Source: a candidate division WOR-3 bacterium (GTDB lineage Bacteria > Hydrothermota > Tepidihabitantia > Tepidihabitantales > Tepidihabitantaceae). Taken from it: DNA of 64,000 bases. The stretch is taken from the NCBI GenBank assembly GCA_965649225.1, contig CBFGJX010000001.1, positions 128,001 to 192,000 on the forward strand, in the 5' to 3' direction. Below the pieces are notes generated by a model that did not search any database, was not told the DNA's origin, and saw only the letters and a list, made by a program, of their open reading frames with translations. This document shows, in pieces, positions 37,857 through 48,495 of this stretch (position 1 is the stretch's first letter; every line of letters starts with the position of its first letter). A program made the translations under genes and the position numbers.

Positions 37857-38819
37857 TCAAACAGCCTGTTTTGAAGCGGTTTCGGCCGGTCGCTGCTCGC
37901 GTAGCAGCTTCGAGAGCACCCACGTAACAGCCGTAGCCAGAACGAGCCGGGGCACGGTAATCCAGAACAAATCAGCCCCCATCACAACAAAAATCGCGGT
38001 GTCCTCGAAAAGTCCGTGACAGAGTGCCAGGAACGTAGCCACCAGGGTGACCTGTTTTGATGACAACCCCCCTTCCCGGACCGTTTCGGTTATCACTCCA
38101 GCGCCGAACACAATGCCGAATACATTGCCGGCCAGCCACGGCATTCCTGCCTCAGCGGACAAACCAATAAGCCGGGTCAGCCGGTTGATCCCAGCCAGCA
38201 GCTTTGCCAGCAGACCATAGCACCGAAACAACTCCAGGACTGCGAAGATTCCCACCAGCACCAGCAGCATCTTGATGGCTGTACTCCACAGCCCTGCTCC
38301 CCAATTGAGCGCCGCCCGTTCCAGCCCGGGCCAAGTCTGATGGGCGAGCGCTGCCAGTCGAGCCGCAGCATCAGCTGCGGCACCTGTGGCCTGACCTTTC
38401 AAAGTCAGCGCCGCCAGTCCCCAGCCGGCAACAACAGCCACCAAAAGCCGTACGGCCCACAACAGCCACCATTTGGCCCGAATCTGGAAAAATACCGCAG
38501 TTTCAAGCAACTGGGAATGCGACAGCAGGAGCATCAGGCTCAGTACCGTCAACTGCCCCCGGGGCAGCCCTAGCGCAGTGATGGCACCAAGGCCGGCGTA
38601 GAGATTTATAAAATTGCCCAGTATCAGCGCCACCGCCGCCTCACCTGGCAGCCCAAAGAACCTCATCAATGGAGCGGTGATACGGGCGAGAGCAGCCAAA
38701 ACAGGTGTGTAACGCAGCAGATGGACGAGCGTATAGACCGGTCCGACAATCAGCATCAACTTCAGAAAGGCCCGGACACCACGCCACGACCCGACAGTGA
38801 TCGTCCGTAAAAGTTTCAT
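37857..38819 (-). CDS. Nucleoside-recognition (Gate) domain membrane protein
   Basis: PLMRFFGLPGEAA, SHS...E and CHGLFEDT; multiple TM helices. Confidence 0.78.
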   Translation of the reverse strand: MKLLRTITVGSWRGVRAFLKLMLIVGPVYTLVHLLRYTPVLAALARITAPLMRFFGLPGEAAVALILGNFINLYAGLGAITALGLPRGQLTVLSLMLLLSHSQLLETAVFFQIRAKWWLLWAVRLLVAVVAGWGLAALTLKGQATGAAADAAARLAALAHQTWPGLERAALNWGAGLWSTAIKMLLVLVGIFAVLELFRCYGLLAKLLAGINRLTRLIGLSAEAGMPWLAGNVFGIVFGAGVITETVREGGLSSKQVTLVATFLALCHGLFEDTAIFVVMGADLFWITVPRLVLATAVTWVLSKLLREQRPAETASKQAV

Positions 38820-39520
38820 CCCTCAAAACGCTCCATAACTGCCCGACCGGAGCGGATCACACAGTAGGTATTGTGCCGCAGCCAGTCGCCGACATTGATA
38901 TACCAGCCACCGTTATGCTCAACCTGTTCCGGCCAATGGGTATGAGCCAGCACCACCAGGTCAAAATCACCCTCAAGTTTCGCGCAGGCAAACTCAGCCA
39001 GCCGCCGACGCAGCCGCAGGCCGGCGGTTCTCTGCCGGCTCTGCCGTGCCACGAAAGTAGCAAGACCGATTCCCAAGTCTGGGTGCAGCAGAGAATAAAG
39101 CGCCGAATTCAAGGGGTTTCGCATCAGGTTGCGGAACAGCCGTGGCACCGGATTGTTATCCAGTTCGTCACCGTGACTGGCATAGACCCGCAGACCGTCG
39201 ATTGTCTGTTCCAGCCGATCGGCAACTGTAACATCCGGCAGCTCCTGTCCGAAAAACGAACCAAGCCAGAAATCGTGGTTACCCCGCAGACAGGTCAACC
39301 GTGTCCCCGAATCAACCAGACGAGCCAACGCCGACAGCAACCGGAAGCCGGCCCTTGGTATCACCCGACGATACTCAAACCAGAACTCGAACAGGTCTCC
39401 GACGATGCAGAGTGACTGAGCGTTTCCGGCAAGGGAATCGACAAATCGCACCAGCCGCATTTCGTCGTCGTGCCCGGATGCCCCGATGTGGGTATCAGCT
39501 ATGAAGTAGTGCCCGTTCAA
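38816..39520 (-). CDS. UDP-2,3-diacylglucosamine diphosphatase-like metallophosphoesterase (LpxH family)
   Basis: ADTH, GDLFEFW, GNHD, HGD, HTH and N.GDW motifs; start taken at TTG 39520. Confidence 0.82.
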   Translation of the reverse strand: MNGHYFIADTHIGASGHDDEMRLVRFVDSLAGNAQSLCIVGDLFEFWFEYRRVIPRAGFRLLSALARLVDSGTRLTCLRGNHDFWLGSFFGQELPDVTVADRLEQTIDGLRVYASHGDELDNNPVPRLFRNLMRNPLNSALYSLLHPDLGIGLATFVARQSRQRTAGLRLRRRLAEFACAKLEGDFDLVVLAHTHWPEQVEHNGGWYINVGDWLRHNTYCVIRSGRAVMERFEG

Positions 39521-41135
39521 GCCGTCTGGCAATCCTTGCTGCCGATTCCCGGCTGTCAACTCTCCATACGTCAGACTCACCAGTCGGCGGCACGAACCGC
39601 CGCTTCATCGCCAGATAGACTTCCAGATTGGCATCCGACAGCGACTGCTCGATTTTCCGCCTGTTCAGCCGACGACGGACAATCCGCTCCGGACACTGCA
39701 CGAGCAGGAAAATCACCGGCACACCGACCTGCTGGGCCAACCGGCGGGCACGCTCGCGCGACTCGGGATGCAGAAATGTGGCGTCGAGAATGACACTGTT
39801 ACCGCTGCTGAGAAAAAGTCCGGCACGCCGAAACATCTCGTCATAGGTCCTTTTCCCGAGACTGCCCCGGTAGATACCGCGGTTGTAACCTTCCCAGCGC
39901 CGTTCGGTTATCGGGATACCGAGCAGCTGCTTGCGGATGGAATCGGAAAGAAGCTGAAAGGCGCCCAGCCGAACAGCAAGCCGACGAGCCAGATGAGTCT
40001 TGCCCGTACCGGGCAGTCCCATCATCACCAGCAGAAACGGCCGCCGTTCGAGTCGCCGCGCATACTCTGCCGCCAGCCGGAAGTAACGTCGCGCGGCAAC
40101 AGCCGCCTGTTTCCTCTCGGCAGTCGATAGACTCGTATCGTTGAGGTTGAAGCTTGTTACCTTGCCTCTGACATAGGCGCGGTAGCACATGTAGAAAGTG
40201 AGCAACCGCAGCAGCCCGATATCACGAGTGTAGGCAAGATAACGCTCAACGAAGTACCCGGCAAGGTCGTGTCGCCCAGCATAATCAAGGTCCATAACCA
40301 GAAAGGCGACTTCCGCTGCCACGTCTGAACAGGAAAACCGGGGATTAAACTCAATGCAGTCAAAGATATGTACGCCGCCGTTGACAAATATGTTTCTGGA
40401 ATGGAGGTCGCCGTGACAGCGCCGAACATAACCGGCTTCCCGGCGATAACGGAAACGACCGCGGTTATCGGCAATGAAGCTGACGACCGCCCGCCGGATT
40501 TCGTCGAATGCCCGGTGGCTGATGGTCCGGCCCCGGAAGTCCAGCGTCTGGGCGAAGTTCTCATCCCAGTTCAGCCTGATTACCTCGGAACTGCCGTACT
40601 GGGCCACCTGAGCACCGCGCTCGGCACACCGATGGAATCCGGCGACAATCCGGGCGATCTCATCGATGTGGCCAAACGACACTGCCCCGCGCCGCAACTG
40701 CTCAGTCATCAGCCAGTGCTGAGGCAATTCGCGCATCTTCAGCGCATAATCGACCGTCCTGCCCGGCTTGCCGATTGCCAGACTGCCCGCCCGGTCAGTT
40801 ATCTCTTCCACTCCGATGTAGATATCGGGCGACAGCTTCCGATTCAGTCGGAATTCCTCGTGACAGAAGAAGCGCCGGGCATCAAGCGTCGTGTAATCAA
40901 GAAAACCGAAGTTGACCGGCTTCTTCACCTTATAGGCATACTCGCCGGTAAGGAAGACCCATGAAGTGTGGGTTTGAATCAGTCTGACCTTTTTGACTGC
41001 TGGCCCATAGAGTCGAGGATTGAGCATCTCGCTGACCCGGTTGCCAAGCGACGACTCCAGCCTGTCGCGCCGTCGACGGCGTCCGGTCACTGACTCAGAC
41101 GATACCTGCCGCGGCCCGCCAGTTGAACCTGTCAA
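39495..41135 (-). CDS. Aminoglycoside-phosphotransferase-like domain plus AAA_33 P-loop kinase fusion (Rv2004c-like); start may be ATG 41027
   Basis: THTSWVFL, YK.KKPV.FGFLD, HGDLH, FDCIEFN, GLPGTGKT, LDATF and SDA. Confidence 0.85.
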   Translation of the reverse strand: MTGSTGGPRQVSSESVTGRRRRRDRLESSLGNRVSEMLNPRLYGPAVKKVRLIQTHTSWVFLTGEYAYKVKKPVNFGFLDYTTLDARRFFCHEEFRLNRKLSPDIYIGVEEITDRAGSLAIGKPGRTVDYALKMRELPQHWLMTEQLRRGAVSFGHIDEIARIVAGFHRCAERGAQVAQYGSSEVIRLNWDENFAQTLDFRGRTISHRAFDEIRRAVVSFIADNRGRFRYRREAGYVRRCHGDLHSRNIFVNGGVHIFDCIEFNPRFSCSDVAAEVAFLVMDLDYAGRHDLAGYFVERYLAYTRDIGLLRLLTFYMCYRAYVRGKVTSFNLNDTSLSTAERKQAAVAARRYFRLAAEYARRLERRPFLLVMMGLPGTGKTHLARRLAVRLGAFQLLSDSIRKQLLGIPITERRWEGYNRGIYRGSLGKRTYDEMFRRAGLFLSSGNSVILDATFLHPESRERARRLAQQVGVPVIFLLVQCPERIVRRRLNRRKIEQSLSDANLEVYLAMKRRFVPPTGESDVWRVDSRESAARIARRLERALLHS

Positions 41136-41695
41136 GTGTTCGGCAGTTCAGTCGCGCCGGCGCCAAGCAAGCGTTCGGCCAGCTCCCAGCCCAGTGCCAG
41201 CGCTTTGCGGTTCAGCTCCAGCGTCTGCGCCGGGGCACGATTCGCCAGCGCCGCCGCCAGCGAATCAAGTTTGACCAGCCGGCTCACCCGGGCCAGAGCA
41301 CCCAATGTCACGATATTGGTGAACAATTCGCGCCCCAGTTCCAGCCGAGCGGTCTCGGCCAGCGGCAGTCGAAGCGCATCCGGCCGCGGTACATTCTGGA
41401 CATGGAAGCTGTCAACAATTGCGGTGCCCCGCACTTTCAGGTCAGCGAAGTACCTGTCCGCCGCCTGCTGGCTCAAGCAAACCAGCACGTCCAGCCGACG
41501 GCTCTTTGGATAGAGTATCGGTTTGTCGGAGATTATGACATCGGCCCGGGAGGCACCGCCTCTTGCCTCGGGTCCGTAACTCTGGGTCTGAACGACGAAG
41601 CGACCCTCATAGACCCCGGCCGCTTCGGCAAGAATCACACTGGCCAGTATCACGCCCTGGCCACCGGTTCCGGCAATTCTCGTCTCAACCGTCAC
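41132..41695 (-). CDS. 2-oxoacid:ferredoxin oxidoreductase gamma subunit
   Basis: GTGGQGVI and QSYGPEARGG. Confidence 0.92.
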   Translation of the reverse strand: MTVETRIAGTGGQGVILASVILAEAAGVYEGRFVVQTQSYGPEARGGASRADVIISDKPILYPKSRRLDVLVCLSQQAADRYFADLKVRGTAIVDSFHVQNVPRPDALRLPLAETARLELGRELFTNIVTLGALARVSRLVKLDSLAAALANRAPAQTLELNRKALALGWELAERLLGAGATELPNT

Positions 41696-42548
41696 TCCGC
41701 TTTCCTTTCGCGCGGTCGCGGGCTCCCTGGTACAGCTCGGAGTATGGGGGAACTTCCTGACGGTCGTGCAGCACCCCGATTACCAGCCGGTCTGAAACCG
41801 CCCACGGGTCCGCTACCTTGCTGACATCAACCGACCGGTCACGAATCCATTCCAGCATCTTGACAGCGTCGCCCAGACGCTGGTATCGACCGTAGAGCGT
41901 CGGGCACTGAGAAATTATCTCGACAACGCTGAACCCCCGCTTGCTCAATGCCAGCCGTGCCATCTGCCGCAGATGCATCACATGGTAGGTGGTACTGCGG
42001 GCAACAAACATCGCGCCGGTTGCCCGGGCAAGAAAACAGGTGTCAAAATCGCGTTCGACGTTACCGTAGGGTGCGGTTGCCGCCCGTTCGTTGGTCGGTG
42101 TCGTCGGCGAATACTGTCCACCGGTCATGCCGTAGGTGAAGTTGTTCAAAACAAATACCGTCAGGTCGATATTGCGTCGGGCGGCGTGAATGAAATGGTT
42201 GCCGCCGATCGCCAGCATGTCGCCATCACCACCGAATACAACCACCTTCATCCAGGGTTTGGCCAGCAACACGCCGGTTGCAGCCGGCAGCGCCCGGCCA
42301 TGAAGGGTATGAAAAGTGTCGCAATCGAGATAGCCCGACACCCGGGACGAACAACCAATCCCCGAAACCACGCAGAGGTCGTCCTGTTTGATGCCAATAT
42401 CCTGAATCGCCCGAACAACCGTATTCATCGCCGTACCAATACCGCAGCCCGGACAAAGAATGTGCGGCAGTCGTTCATCAACGCGATAAAAGTCAAGCAA
42501 CGGGCTCACCAGCCCCGGAGCGCTGACACGCGGATCTTCCCCTGTCAC
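41685..42548 (-). CDS. 2-oxoacid:ferredoxin oxidoreductase beta subunit (TPP-binding)
   Basis: CPGCG, GIGCS, HTLHGR, GDGD..IGGNH and YGMTGGQ. Confidence 0.93.
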   Translation of the reverse strand: MTGEDPRVSAPGLVSPLLDFYRVDERLPHILCPGCGIGTAMNTVVRAIQDIGIKQDDLCVVSGIGCSSRVSGYLDCDTFHTLHGRALPAATGVLLAKPWMKVVVFGGDGDMLAIGGNHFIHAARRNIDLTVFVLNNFTYGMTGGQYSPTTPTNERAATAPYGNVERDFDTCFLARATGAMFVARSTTYHVMHLRQMARLALSKRGFSVVEIISQCPTLYGRYQRLGDAVKMLEWIRDRSVDVSKVADPWAVSDRLVIGVLHDRQEVPPYSELYQGARDRAKGKRSDG

Positions 42549-43651
42549 AAAACCTCCACGATTTCTTCCGGGGTCAACATCTCGCCGTCGTAGCGCAGCA
42601 CCGATACGACCGGTACATCCGGGCTGACACTTCGTTCAATTGTCCGCCGCAGCTGCCCCTGGTTCATCTCCGGCACGACGACGCGCCGGGCACTCCGCAG
42701 GTAGGACTTCATCCGTTCGGTCGGAAAAGGCCAGACCATCCTTACCCGCAGTATCCCGACCCGGCGACCGGTCCGGTGCTCGAAGTAACGTTTGGCTTCG
42801 AGCGCCGAACGGGCGGCGCTGCCGTAGCAAACGATAATGGTCTCCGCACCAAGGTCCTCGTAAGTGACATCCCACAGCCAGGAACGATTGTCATCAATCT
42901 TGCGCCGCAGACGGTCGAGATTCCAGCGAATGATTTCAGGGTCGTCGGTCGGGAAGCCGTCTTTGCGATGGGTCAGGCCGGTCAGATGGATCCGGTAGCC
43001 TTCACCGAAACTGGCAATCCGGGCATCATAGTTGTTGCTGTCGTCGTAGTGAAAATACTCGTCCGCCGGCGGTTTCGGGCTGGTCGGTTGCCAGAGCTCG
43101 ACCGTCGCCGGCAACTCTACCGCCTCACGCATGTGACCAACGATTTCGTCCATCAGCACAATCACCGGTATCCGCAGTCGCTCGGACAGATTCACCGCCT
43201 CAACGGTCAGGTCGAAGCACTCGCGCACGCTCCAGGGACACAGTGCGACAATCGGATGGTCGCCGTGGGTACCGTGTCTGGCCTGCATCACATCGCCCTG
43301 GGCGGTCCGCGTTGGGGTACCGGTCGCCGGACCGCCCCGCATGACATTGACAACAACGCAGGGCAGTTCGGCCATGATTGAGTAGCCGATGCCTTCCTGC
43401 ATCAGCGAAAAACCCGGCCCTGATGTCGCGGTCATTGCCTTCAATCCGGCTGCCGTCGCCCCGTTCATGCAGCAGATCGAAGCGATCTCGTCCTCCATCT
43501 GAATGAACGTCCCCCCGACCCGGGGCAGCTCGCGCGCCAGATACTCGGCAATTTCGGTCGAGGGAGTAATCGGGTAGCCGGCAAAGAAACGGACACCGGC
43601 TCGCAACGCGCCGATCGCACAGGCCTCGTTTCCAGAAAGCAGCTCAACCAC
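42545..43651 (-). CDS. 2-oxoacid:ferredoxin oxidoreductase alpha subunit (KorA-like)
   Basis: GNEA, YPITPSTE, QMEDE, TSGPGFSL and EMNQGQ; GTG start after a GGAGG SD. Confidence 0.93.
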   Translation of the reverse strand: MVELLSGNEACAIGALRAGVRFFAGYPITPSTEIAEYLARELPRVGGTFIQMEDEIASICCMNGATAAGLKAMTATSGPGFSLMQEGIGYSIMAELPCVVVNVMRGGPATGTPTRTAQGDVMQARHGTHGDHPIVALCPWSVRECFDLTVEAVNLSERLRIPVIVLMDEIVGHMREAVELPATVELWQPTSPKPPADEYFHYDDSNNYDARIASFGEGYRIHLTGLTHRKDGFPTDDPEIIRWNLDRLRRKIDDNRSWLWDVTYEDLGAETIIVCYGSAARSALEAKRYFEHRTGRRVGILRVRMVWPFPTERMKSYLRSARRVVVPEMNQGQLRRTIERSVSPDVPVVSVLRYDGEMLTPEEIVEVL

Positions 43652-43919
43652 CGTCGGCCTCCCGCGGTTGGGAATCCTTGCGCGACTGCCGCTGGACAAA
43701 AACCGCCGCATCCGGACAGCGCAGCTCACACATCCGGCAGCCGACGCAACGCTCCGGATGGGCAACCGTCACCTTATAGCGGTCATCCAGTGCCAGGGTT
43801 TGAGTCGGACAAAACGCAACACAGATTGAGCAGCCCTTGCAGAATCGTCGCAGGATCGTAAACCGGTGACCTTTGGGGGTAACCAGGTCTACCGGCTTTT
43901 CGAGCAGAAACTTCTTCAC
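43644..43919 (-). CDS. 2-oxoacid:ferredoxin oxidoreductase delta subunit (2x[4Fe-4S] ferredoxin)
   Basis: CKGCSICVAFCP and CVGCRMCELRCP. Confidence 0.9.
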   Translation of the reverse strand: MKKFLLEKPVDLVTPKGHRFTILRRFCKGCSICVAFCPTQTLALDDRYKVTVAHPERCVGCRMCELRCPDAAVFVQRQSRKDSQPREADGG

Positions 43920-44051
43920 TTAATACTCCGGCATCGCTGGCTGAGCGAAGACAGCCAGCCGAAGCGCTCGCAACTTGCCATCCGTCATCGCTACCACTGC
44001 CCGCCTCCGGTCAAACAAGGCACGGGCAGGCAGCAATGGACACTTCTGCCA

Positions 44052-45545
44052 TCAGTAATCCGCGTTGTCAATCTGAGCCTTCTGCAAGGCACCGGAATAG
44101 TCAATATAGACCGTCTTGGGCTCCGAGAAAATCTCATAAGCCGTCCAGCCACCTTCGCGATGACCATTGCCGGTGTCCTTCACGCCACCGAAAGGCAGGT
44201 GGCACTCCGCCCCGATCGTCGGCGCATTGACATAGGTGATACCGGCTTCGATCAACTCGATTGCCTTCATTGCCAGATTGACATCACGGGTATAAATTGA
44301 AGACGACAGCCCGTAGCGCGTGTCGTTGAGGACGCGCACCGCCTCGTCAAAGTCCTTAACCTTGATTACCGACAACACCGGCCCGAAGATCTCCTCCTTG
44401 GCAATCCGCATTGCCGGGGTCACGCCAACGAAGATCGTCGGCTGGTAGAAGAAACCGCGGGCAAAAGCCTCGCCCCGCTTCGGCCCGCCGCCACAAGCCA
44501 GTCGGGCTCCTTCCGACTTGCCGATTTCGACATAACCGTGGACGCTCTGCCGCTGTGCCTCACTGACGCAGGGGCCCATCTCAATCCGTTCGTCCAAGCC
44601 GTTACCGACTCGAATCCGCTTCGCCCTTGCCACAAGCATTTCAACGAACCGGTCGTGAATACCCGCCTGCAGTATCAGTCGGGACGTGGCGGTGCAGCGC
44701 TGGCCGGTCGTCCCGAAGGCTCCCCAGATAACACCTTCCAGTGCCAGTTCGAGATCGGCATCATCAAGCACAATCTGGGCATTCTTGCCACCCAGCTCCA
44801 GCGAACACCGTTTCAGATTGCGACCGGTAACCTCGGCGATGTGACGGCCAACCTCGGAAGAGCCGGTGAAAGATATGCCACAGACATCGGGATGATCAAG
44901 CAGCGCTTCACCGACCGCACTGCCCGTACCATAGACCACATTCACAACGCCGTCTGGCACGCCGGCCTCGGCCAGTGCGGCAACAAACTCGTGTACCGAT
45001 GCCGGCGTCAGTGTTGCCGGCTTGATTACGGCGGTATTGCCGCAGACCAGTGCCGGAAACAGCTTCCAGGACGGAATCGCCATCGGGAAATTCCACGGGC
45101 AGATCATGCCCCAGACACCCATCGGCTGACGGCTGACCCAGGCATATTTGTTGGGCAGTTCACTGGGCACAACCTTGCCCCAGAGCCGGCGACTTTCCCC
45201 GGCGGCATAGAGGCCGGTATCAATTGCCTCCTGGACATCGCCTCGGGTCTCTTTGAGCACCTTGCCCATTTCCCGGGTCATCAACCGGGCACAGGCCTCC
45301 TTTCGACTGATCAGAATCTCGGTGGCGCGGCGCATTATCTCGCCCCGGGCCGGTGCCGGCATCGCCCGCCATTTCGGATACGCTTTCTTTGCCGCCGCCA
45401 CTGCCGCCGCGACGTCATCCGGTCCGGAGGCCGGGAATACCCCGATCAAATCCGATGTATCGGCCGGGTTGCGGTTTTCGTAGGTCTTGCCCGACTTTGC
45501 CGGCAGATACTTGCCGTTGATGAAATTGTAGTAACGCTTGGCCAT
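44052..45545 (-). CDS. NAD(P)-dependent aldehyde dehydrogenase
   Basis: [22 protein letters not shown] and EEIFGPV; GGAGG SD before ATG 45545. Confidence 0.93.
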   Translation of the reverse strand: MAKRYYNFINGKYLPAKSGKTYENRNPADTSDLIGVFPASGPDDVAAAVAAAKKAYPKWRAMPAPARGEIMRRATEILISRKEACARLMTREMGKVLKETRGDVQEAIDTGLYAAGESRRLWGKVVPSELPNKYAWVSRQPMGVWGMICPWNFPMAIPSWKLFPALVCGNTAVIKPATLTPASVHEFVAALAEAGVPDGVVNVVYGTGSAVGEALLDHPDVCGISFTGSSEVGRHIAEVTGRNLKRCSLELGGKNAQIVLDDADLELALEGVIWGAFGTTGQRCTATSRLILQAGIHDRFVEMLVARAKRIRVGNGLDERIEMGPCVSEAQRQSVHGYVEIGKSEGARLACGGGPKRGEAFARGFFYQPTIFVGVTPAMRIAKEEIFGPVLSVIKVKDFDEAVRVLNDTRYGLSSSIYTRDVNLAMKAIELIEAGITYVNAPTIGAECHLPFGGVKDTGNGHREGGWTAYEIFSEPKTVYIDYSGALQKAQIDNADY

Positions 45546-45558
45546 CAATCCTCCTGCA

Positions 45559-46014
45559 TCACAATTTGCTCTTCTGCCGCCCGCCGACAACAAGTTCAAC
45601 CGCCGCGGCCGGCGACAACACCTTTTCGACACCCTCGATCGCCCAGGTTTCCAGGCCGGCCACCCGCCGCCCTGCCTTCAATGCGAAACCGATTTCCGAC
45701 AAAGTTCCATACGACCCACCCACCGCCACCAGCGCGTCGGCGGTTTTGATAATCACCAGATTACGCGCCTCACCGAGACCGGTGGCAACTGCGATACTGA
45801 CCCAGGGATTGGCTTCACCCCGATCCGACCCGGGCAGGATGCCGACGGTGAGACCACCGGCGGCCTGCGCACCGCGGCACGCTGCCGCCATCACCCCGCC
45901 ACCACCGCCACAGACCAGCACGGCGCCGGCTTCGGCCAGCCGGCGACCGACTTCCTCGGCCAAAGCTGCCAGCCGCTCATCACACTCACCGGCTCCAATG
46001 ACTCCAATGTACAT
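45559..46014 (-). CDS. LOG/SLOG family protein (TIGR00725-like)
   Basis: IGVIG, CGG.GGVM.AA..GA, RN and GSYGTLSE. Confidence 0.87.
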   Translation of the reverse strand: MYIGVIGAGECDERLAALAEEVGRRLAEAGAVLVCGGGGGVMAAACRGAQAAGGLTVGILPGSDRGEANPWVSIAVATGLGEARNLVIIKTADALVAVGGSYGTLSEIGFALKAGRRVAGLETWAIEGVEKVLSPAAAVELVVGGRQKSKL

Positions 46015-46018
46015 CCGG

Positions 46019-47800
46019 CTACCCGTCGACAAACAACGATACCGTCTTGAAACTCTGCACATCAACCAGCCCGTGGTCGGTGAGCTTCAGCGCCGGAATC
46101 ACCGGCAGGGCCAGAAACGACAGCGTGATGAATGGATTGTGAACCCGGCAGCCCCAGACGCGAACCTTGGCCAGCAGCCGCGTCAGTTCATCAACCACCT
46201 GTGGCGCCGGCTGGTCGGACATCAACCCGGCCACAGGCAACGCCAGGCTTGCTGCAATCTCACCGTCGGCAACCGCAACAAAACCACCGCCCATCTTCAC
46301 CAGTGCACGCGCCGCCTTCAGCATGTCGCCGTCGTTGGTACCAACGATAATCAGATTGTGCGAATCATGCGCGACACTGGTTCCCAGCGCTCCCTTTTTC
46401 AGTCCGAAACCCGAAACCAGTCCGAGGCCGATTCGTCCGCTTCGCCGGTGCCGTTCCACCACCGCCAGTTTGAGCAGGTCACGCTCCGGATCGGCCTGAA
46501 CAAAACCCCGTTCGATCCTGGGCTGAACGGTAACCGACTCGGTGATAATTTGTTCCGGTACGAGTCGAATCGCCCGACAGAGCTGTCCGCGTGCCGGTAT
46601 CGCAAAACTCCTGGCCGTCAAAGGTCTGATTTTGACCGTACCGGTCACCCCGCGCCCCCTGACCATCGGGATGTTGACCAACACTTTGCGCTCACGCGCA
46701 ACCAGTCGTCCGTCCTTGAAAACCATTCTGACGTCGAACCGAGGGAGGTCACCGATAACGGTCAGGTCGGCGCGTCTCCCCGGCGCCACTGCACCCCGGT
46801 CGTTCAGCCCGAAGTAGCACGCCGGATTGATGGTGGCAAGCTGGATTGCCGCCGCCGGCTGCATTCCCATCGCCTCAGCCTTGCGCAGCACGGCATCAAT
46901 GTGACCGTAACGCAGCAGCTCTTCAGGGTGTTTGTCGTCGCTGACGAACATGCAGCGGTGGCGATTGAAGTCATTCACTGCCGGCAACAGCGCGGTGAGG
47001 TTTTTGGCTGCCGACCCCTCGCGCACCATCAACCACATTCCGGCGCGCAGTTTCTCGGTCGCCTCCTGAGGTCCGACCGACTCGTGGTCCGAACCAATCC
47101 CGGCCGCAGCATAAGCCTGGAGCAATTGTCCAACCACGCCCGGGGCATGGCCATCAACCACCCTCCGCCGCGCCCGTGCCGCGGCAATCTTCGCCAGAAC
47201 TTCACGGTCCCCGAAAACCACGCCGGGATAGTTCATCACCTCAGCCAGCCCGATGACACGCTCTGAACGCAGCAATGCTTTCACCTCAGCCACACCGAGC
47301 CTGGCGCCGGCAGTTTCAAGTCCGGTCGCCGGCACACACGACGGTGCCAGGAAAAAGAAATCGAGCGGCAGGCCGGCCGTCTGCTCAATCAACCAGCGGA
47401 CGCCGGCAACCCCCAGGACATTGGCGATTTCGTGCGGGTCACAAACAACCGTGGTCGTCCCGTGACCGAGTGCGAGCCGGCAAAACTCGCCCGGAGCGAG
47501 CAGCGAACTCTCAATGTGGATATGACCATCGATAAAGCCCGGGGCGATGTACATACCGGCAACTTCGACCCGCTCGGCCGCCTTGGTGTACTCGCGGCCG
47601 ACTCCGGCGATAAATTCGTCGCAAACGGCAACATCGGCCCGGACGACTTCGCCGGTAAAAACGTTGACAACCTCGCCGCCCGCAAGCAGCAGGTCGGCCG
47701 GTGCGTCGCCCCGCGCAACCGACAAAAGCCGGGAAAAACTCGGCGCGTTCTTTTGCCGCGGCTGCGCCGTCACCGCCCTAGTCTTCTGTCGGCTCGACAT
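46019..47800 (-). CDS. ade: Adenine deaminase
   Basis: DGHIHIESS, DPHEIANV, EVMNYP, DGHAP, SDHE, REGSA and VAHDSHN. Confidence 0.94.
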   Translation of the reverse strand: MSSRQKTRAVTAQPRQKNAPSFSRLLSVARGDAPADLLLAGGEVVNVFTGEVVRADVAVCDEFIAGVGREYTKAAERVEVAGMYIAPGFIDGHIHIESSLLAPGEFCRLALGHGTTTVVCDPHEIANVLGVAGVRWLIEQTAGLPLDFFFLAPSCVPATGLETAGARLGVAEVKALLRSERVIGLAEVMNYPGVVFGDREVLAKIAAARARRRVVDGHAPGVVGQLLQAYAAAGIGSDHESVGPQEATEKLRAGMWLMVREGSAAKNLTALLPAVNDFNRHRCMFVSDDKHPEELLRYGHIDAVLRKAEAMGMQPAAAIQLATINPACYFGLNDRGAVAPGRRADLTVIGDLPRFDVRMVFKDGRLVARERKVLVNIPMVRGRGVTGTVKIRPLTARSFAIPARGQLCRAIRLVPEQIITESVTVQPRIERGFVQADPERDLLKLAVVERHRRSGRIGLGLVSGFGLKKGALGTSVAHDSHNLIIVGTNDGDMLKAARALVKMGGGFVAVADGEIAASLALPVAGLMSDQPAPQVVDELTRLLAKVRVWGCRVHNPFITLSFLALPVIPALKLTDHGLVDVQSFKTVSLFVDG

Positions 47801-48338
47801 AACCAATGTAGGGCAGATTCCGCCAACGCTCGGCATGGTCGGCACCATAGCCAACGACAAACCGGTCGGGCACCGTAAACCCGACGTAGTCGGCGTTGAT
47901 TTCGGTCCGCCGCCGGGCCGGCTTGTCCATCAACACTGCAATCCGGAGACTGCGGGGCCGCCGCAAACGCAGATTGTCGACGATGTAACGGAGTGTCAGC
48001 CCGGAATCAAGGATATCCTCGACGACCAGTACGTCCCGGTTTTCCAGCGGACACTTGAGGTCAAGCACTATCTTGACAACCCCGGAGGTCCTCGTGCTGA
48101 CGCCGTAGCTCGAAACGGTCATGAAATCGATATAAACCGGAATCGTCAGCTGTCGCACGAGGTCGGCAAGAAAAATCCACGACCCTTTGAGAATACCGAC
48201 AACCAGCAGTTCCCGGCCGGCATAGTCGGCCGATATCTGTCCGGCGAGCTCGGCAACCCGCCGCGCGACCTGCTCCGCCGAAAAAAGCACGGCCGGCAAC
48301 GCGTCCGGCTTCTGATTCAGGTCTGACACGGGTGACAC
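47778..48338 (-). CDS. hpt: Hypoxanthine phosphoribosyltransferase
   Basis: LKGS, SSY, VEDILDSGLT and FVVGYG.D. Confidence 0.94.
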   Translation of the reverse strand: MSPVSDLNQKPDALPAVLFSAEQVARRVAELAGQISADYAGRELLVVGILKGSWIFLADLVRQLTIPVYIDFMTVSSYGVSTRTSGVVKIVLDLKCPLENRDVLVVEDILDSGLTLRYIVDNLRLRRPRSLRIAVLMDKPARRRTEINADYVGFTVPDRFVVGYGADHAERWRNLPYIGYVEPTED

Positions 48339-48347
48339 AGGGCTGAA

Positions 48348-48421
48348 TCGGGGCGACTGGATTTGAACCAGCGACCTCTTGGTCCCGAACCAAGCGCGCT
48401 AGCCAGCTGCGCTACGCCCCG
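48348..48421 (-). tRNA. tRNA-Pro(CGG), CCA not encoded
   Basis: CGGGGCG/CGCCCCG acceptor stem; CTTGG-TTCGGGA-CCAAG anticodon arm; GGTTCAAATCC T-arm. Confidence 0.95.
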
Positions 48422-48495
48422 GGCTGCAGTCGCGCAGTCGTCGAAGAACCAGACTGCGACTGACCGTGCACATCTTAGGGCAAAACACCCGGCAG

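Noticed and set aside
44538..45749. 403-aa plus-strand ORF
   Set aside because: Antisense shadow of the aldehyde dehydrogenase
45566..47266. 566-aa plus-strand ORF
   Set aside because: Antisense shadow of ade and the LOG gene in GC-rich DNA; no recognisable motifs
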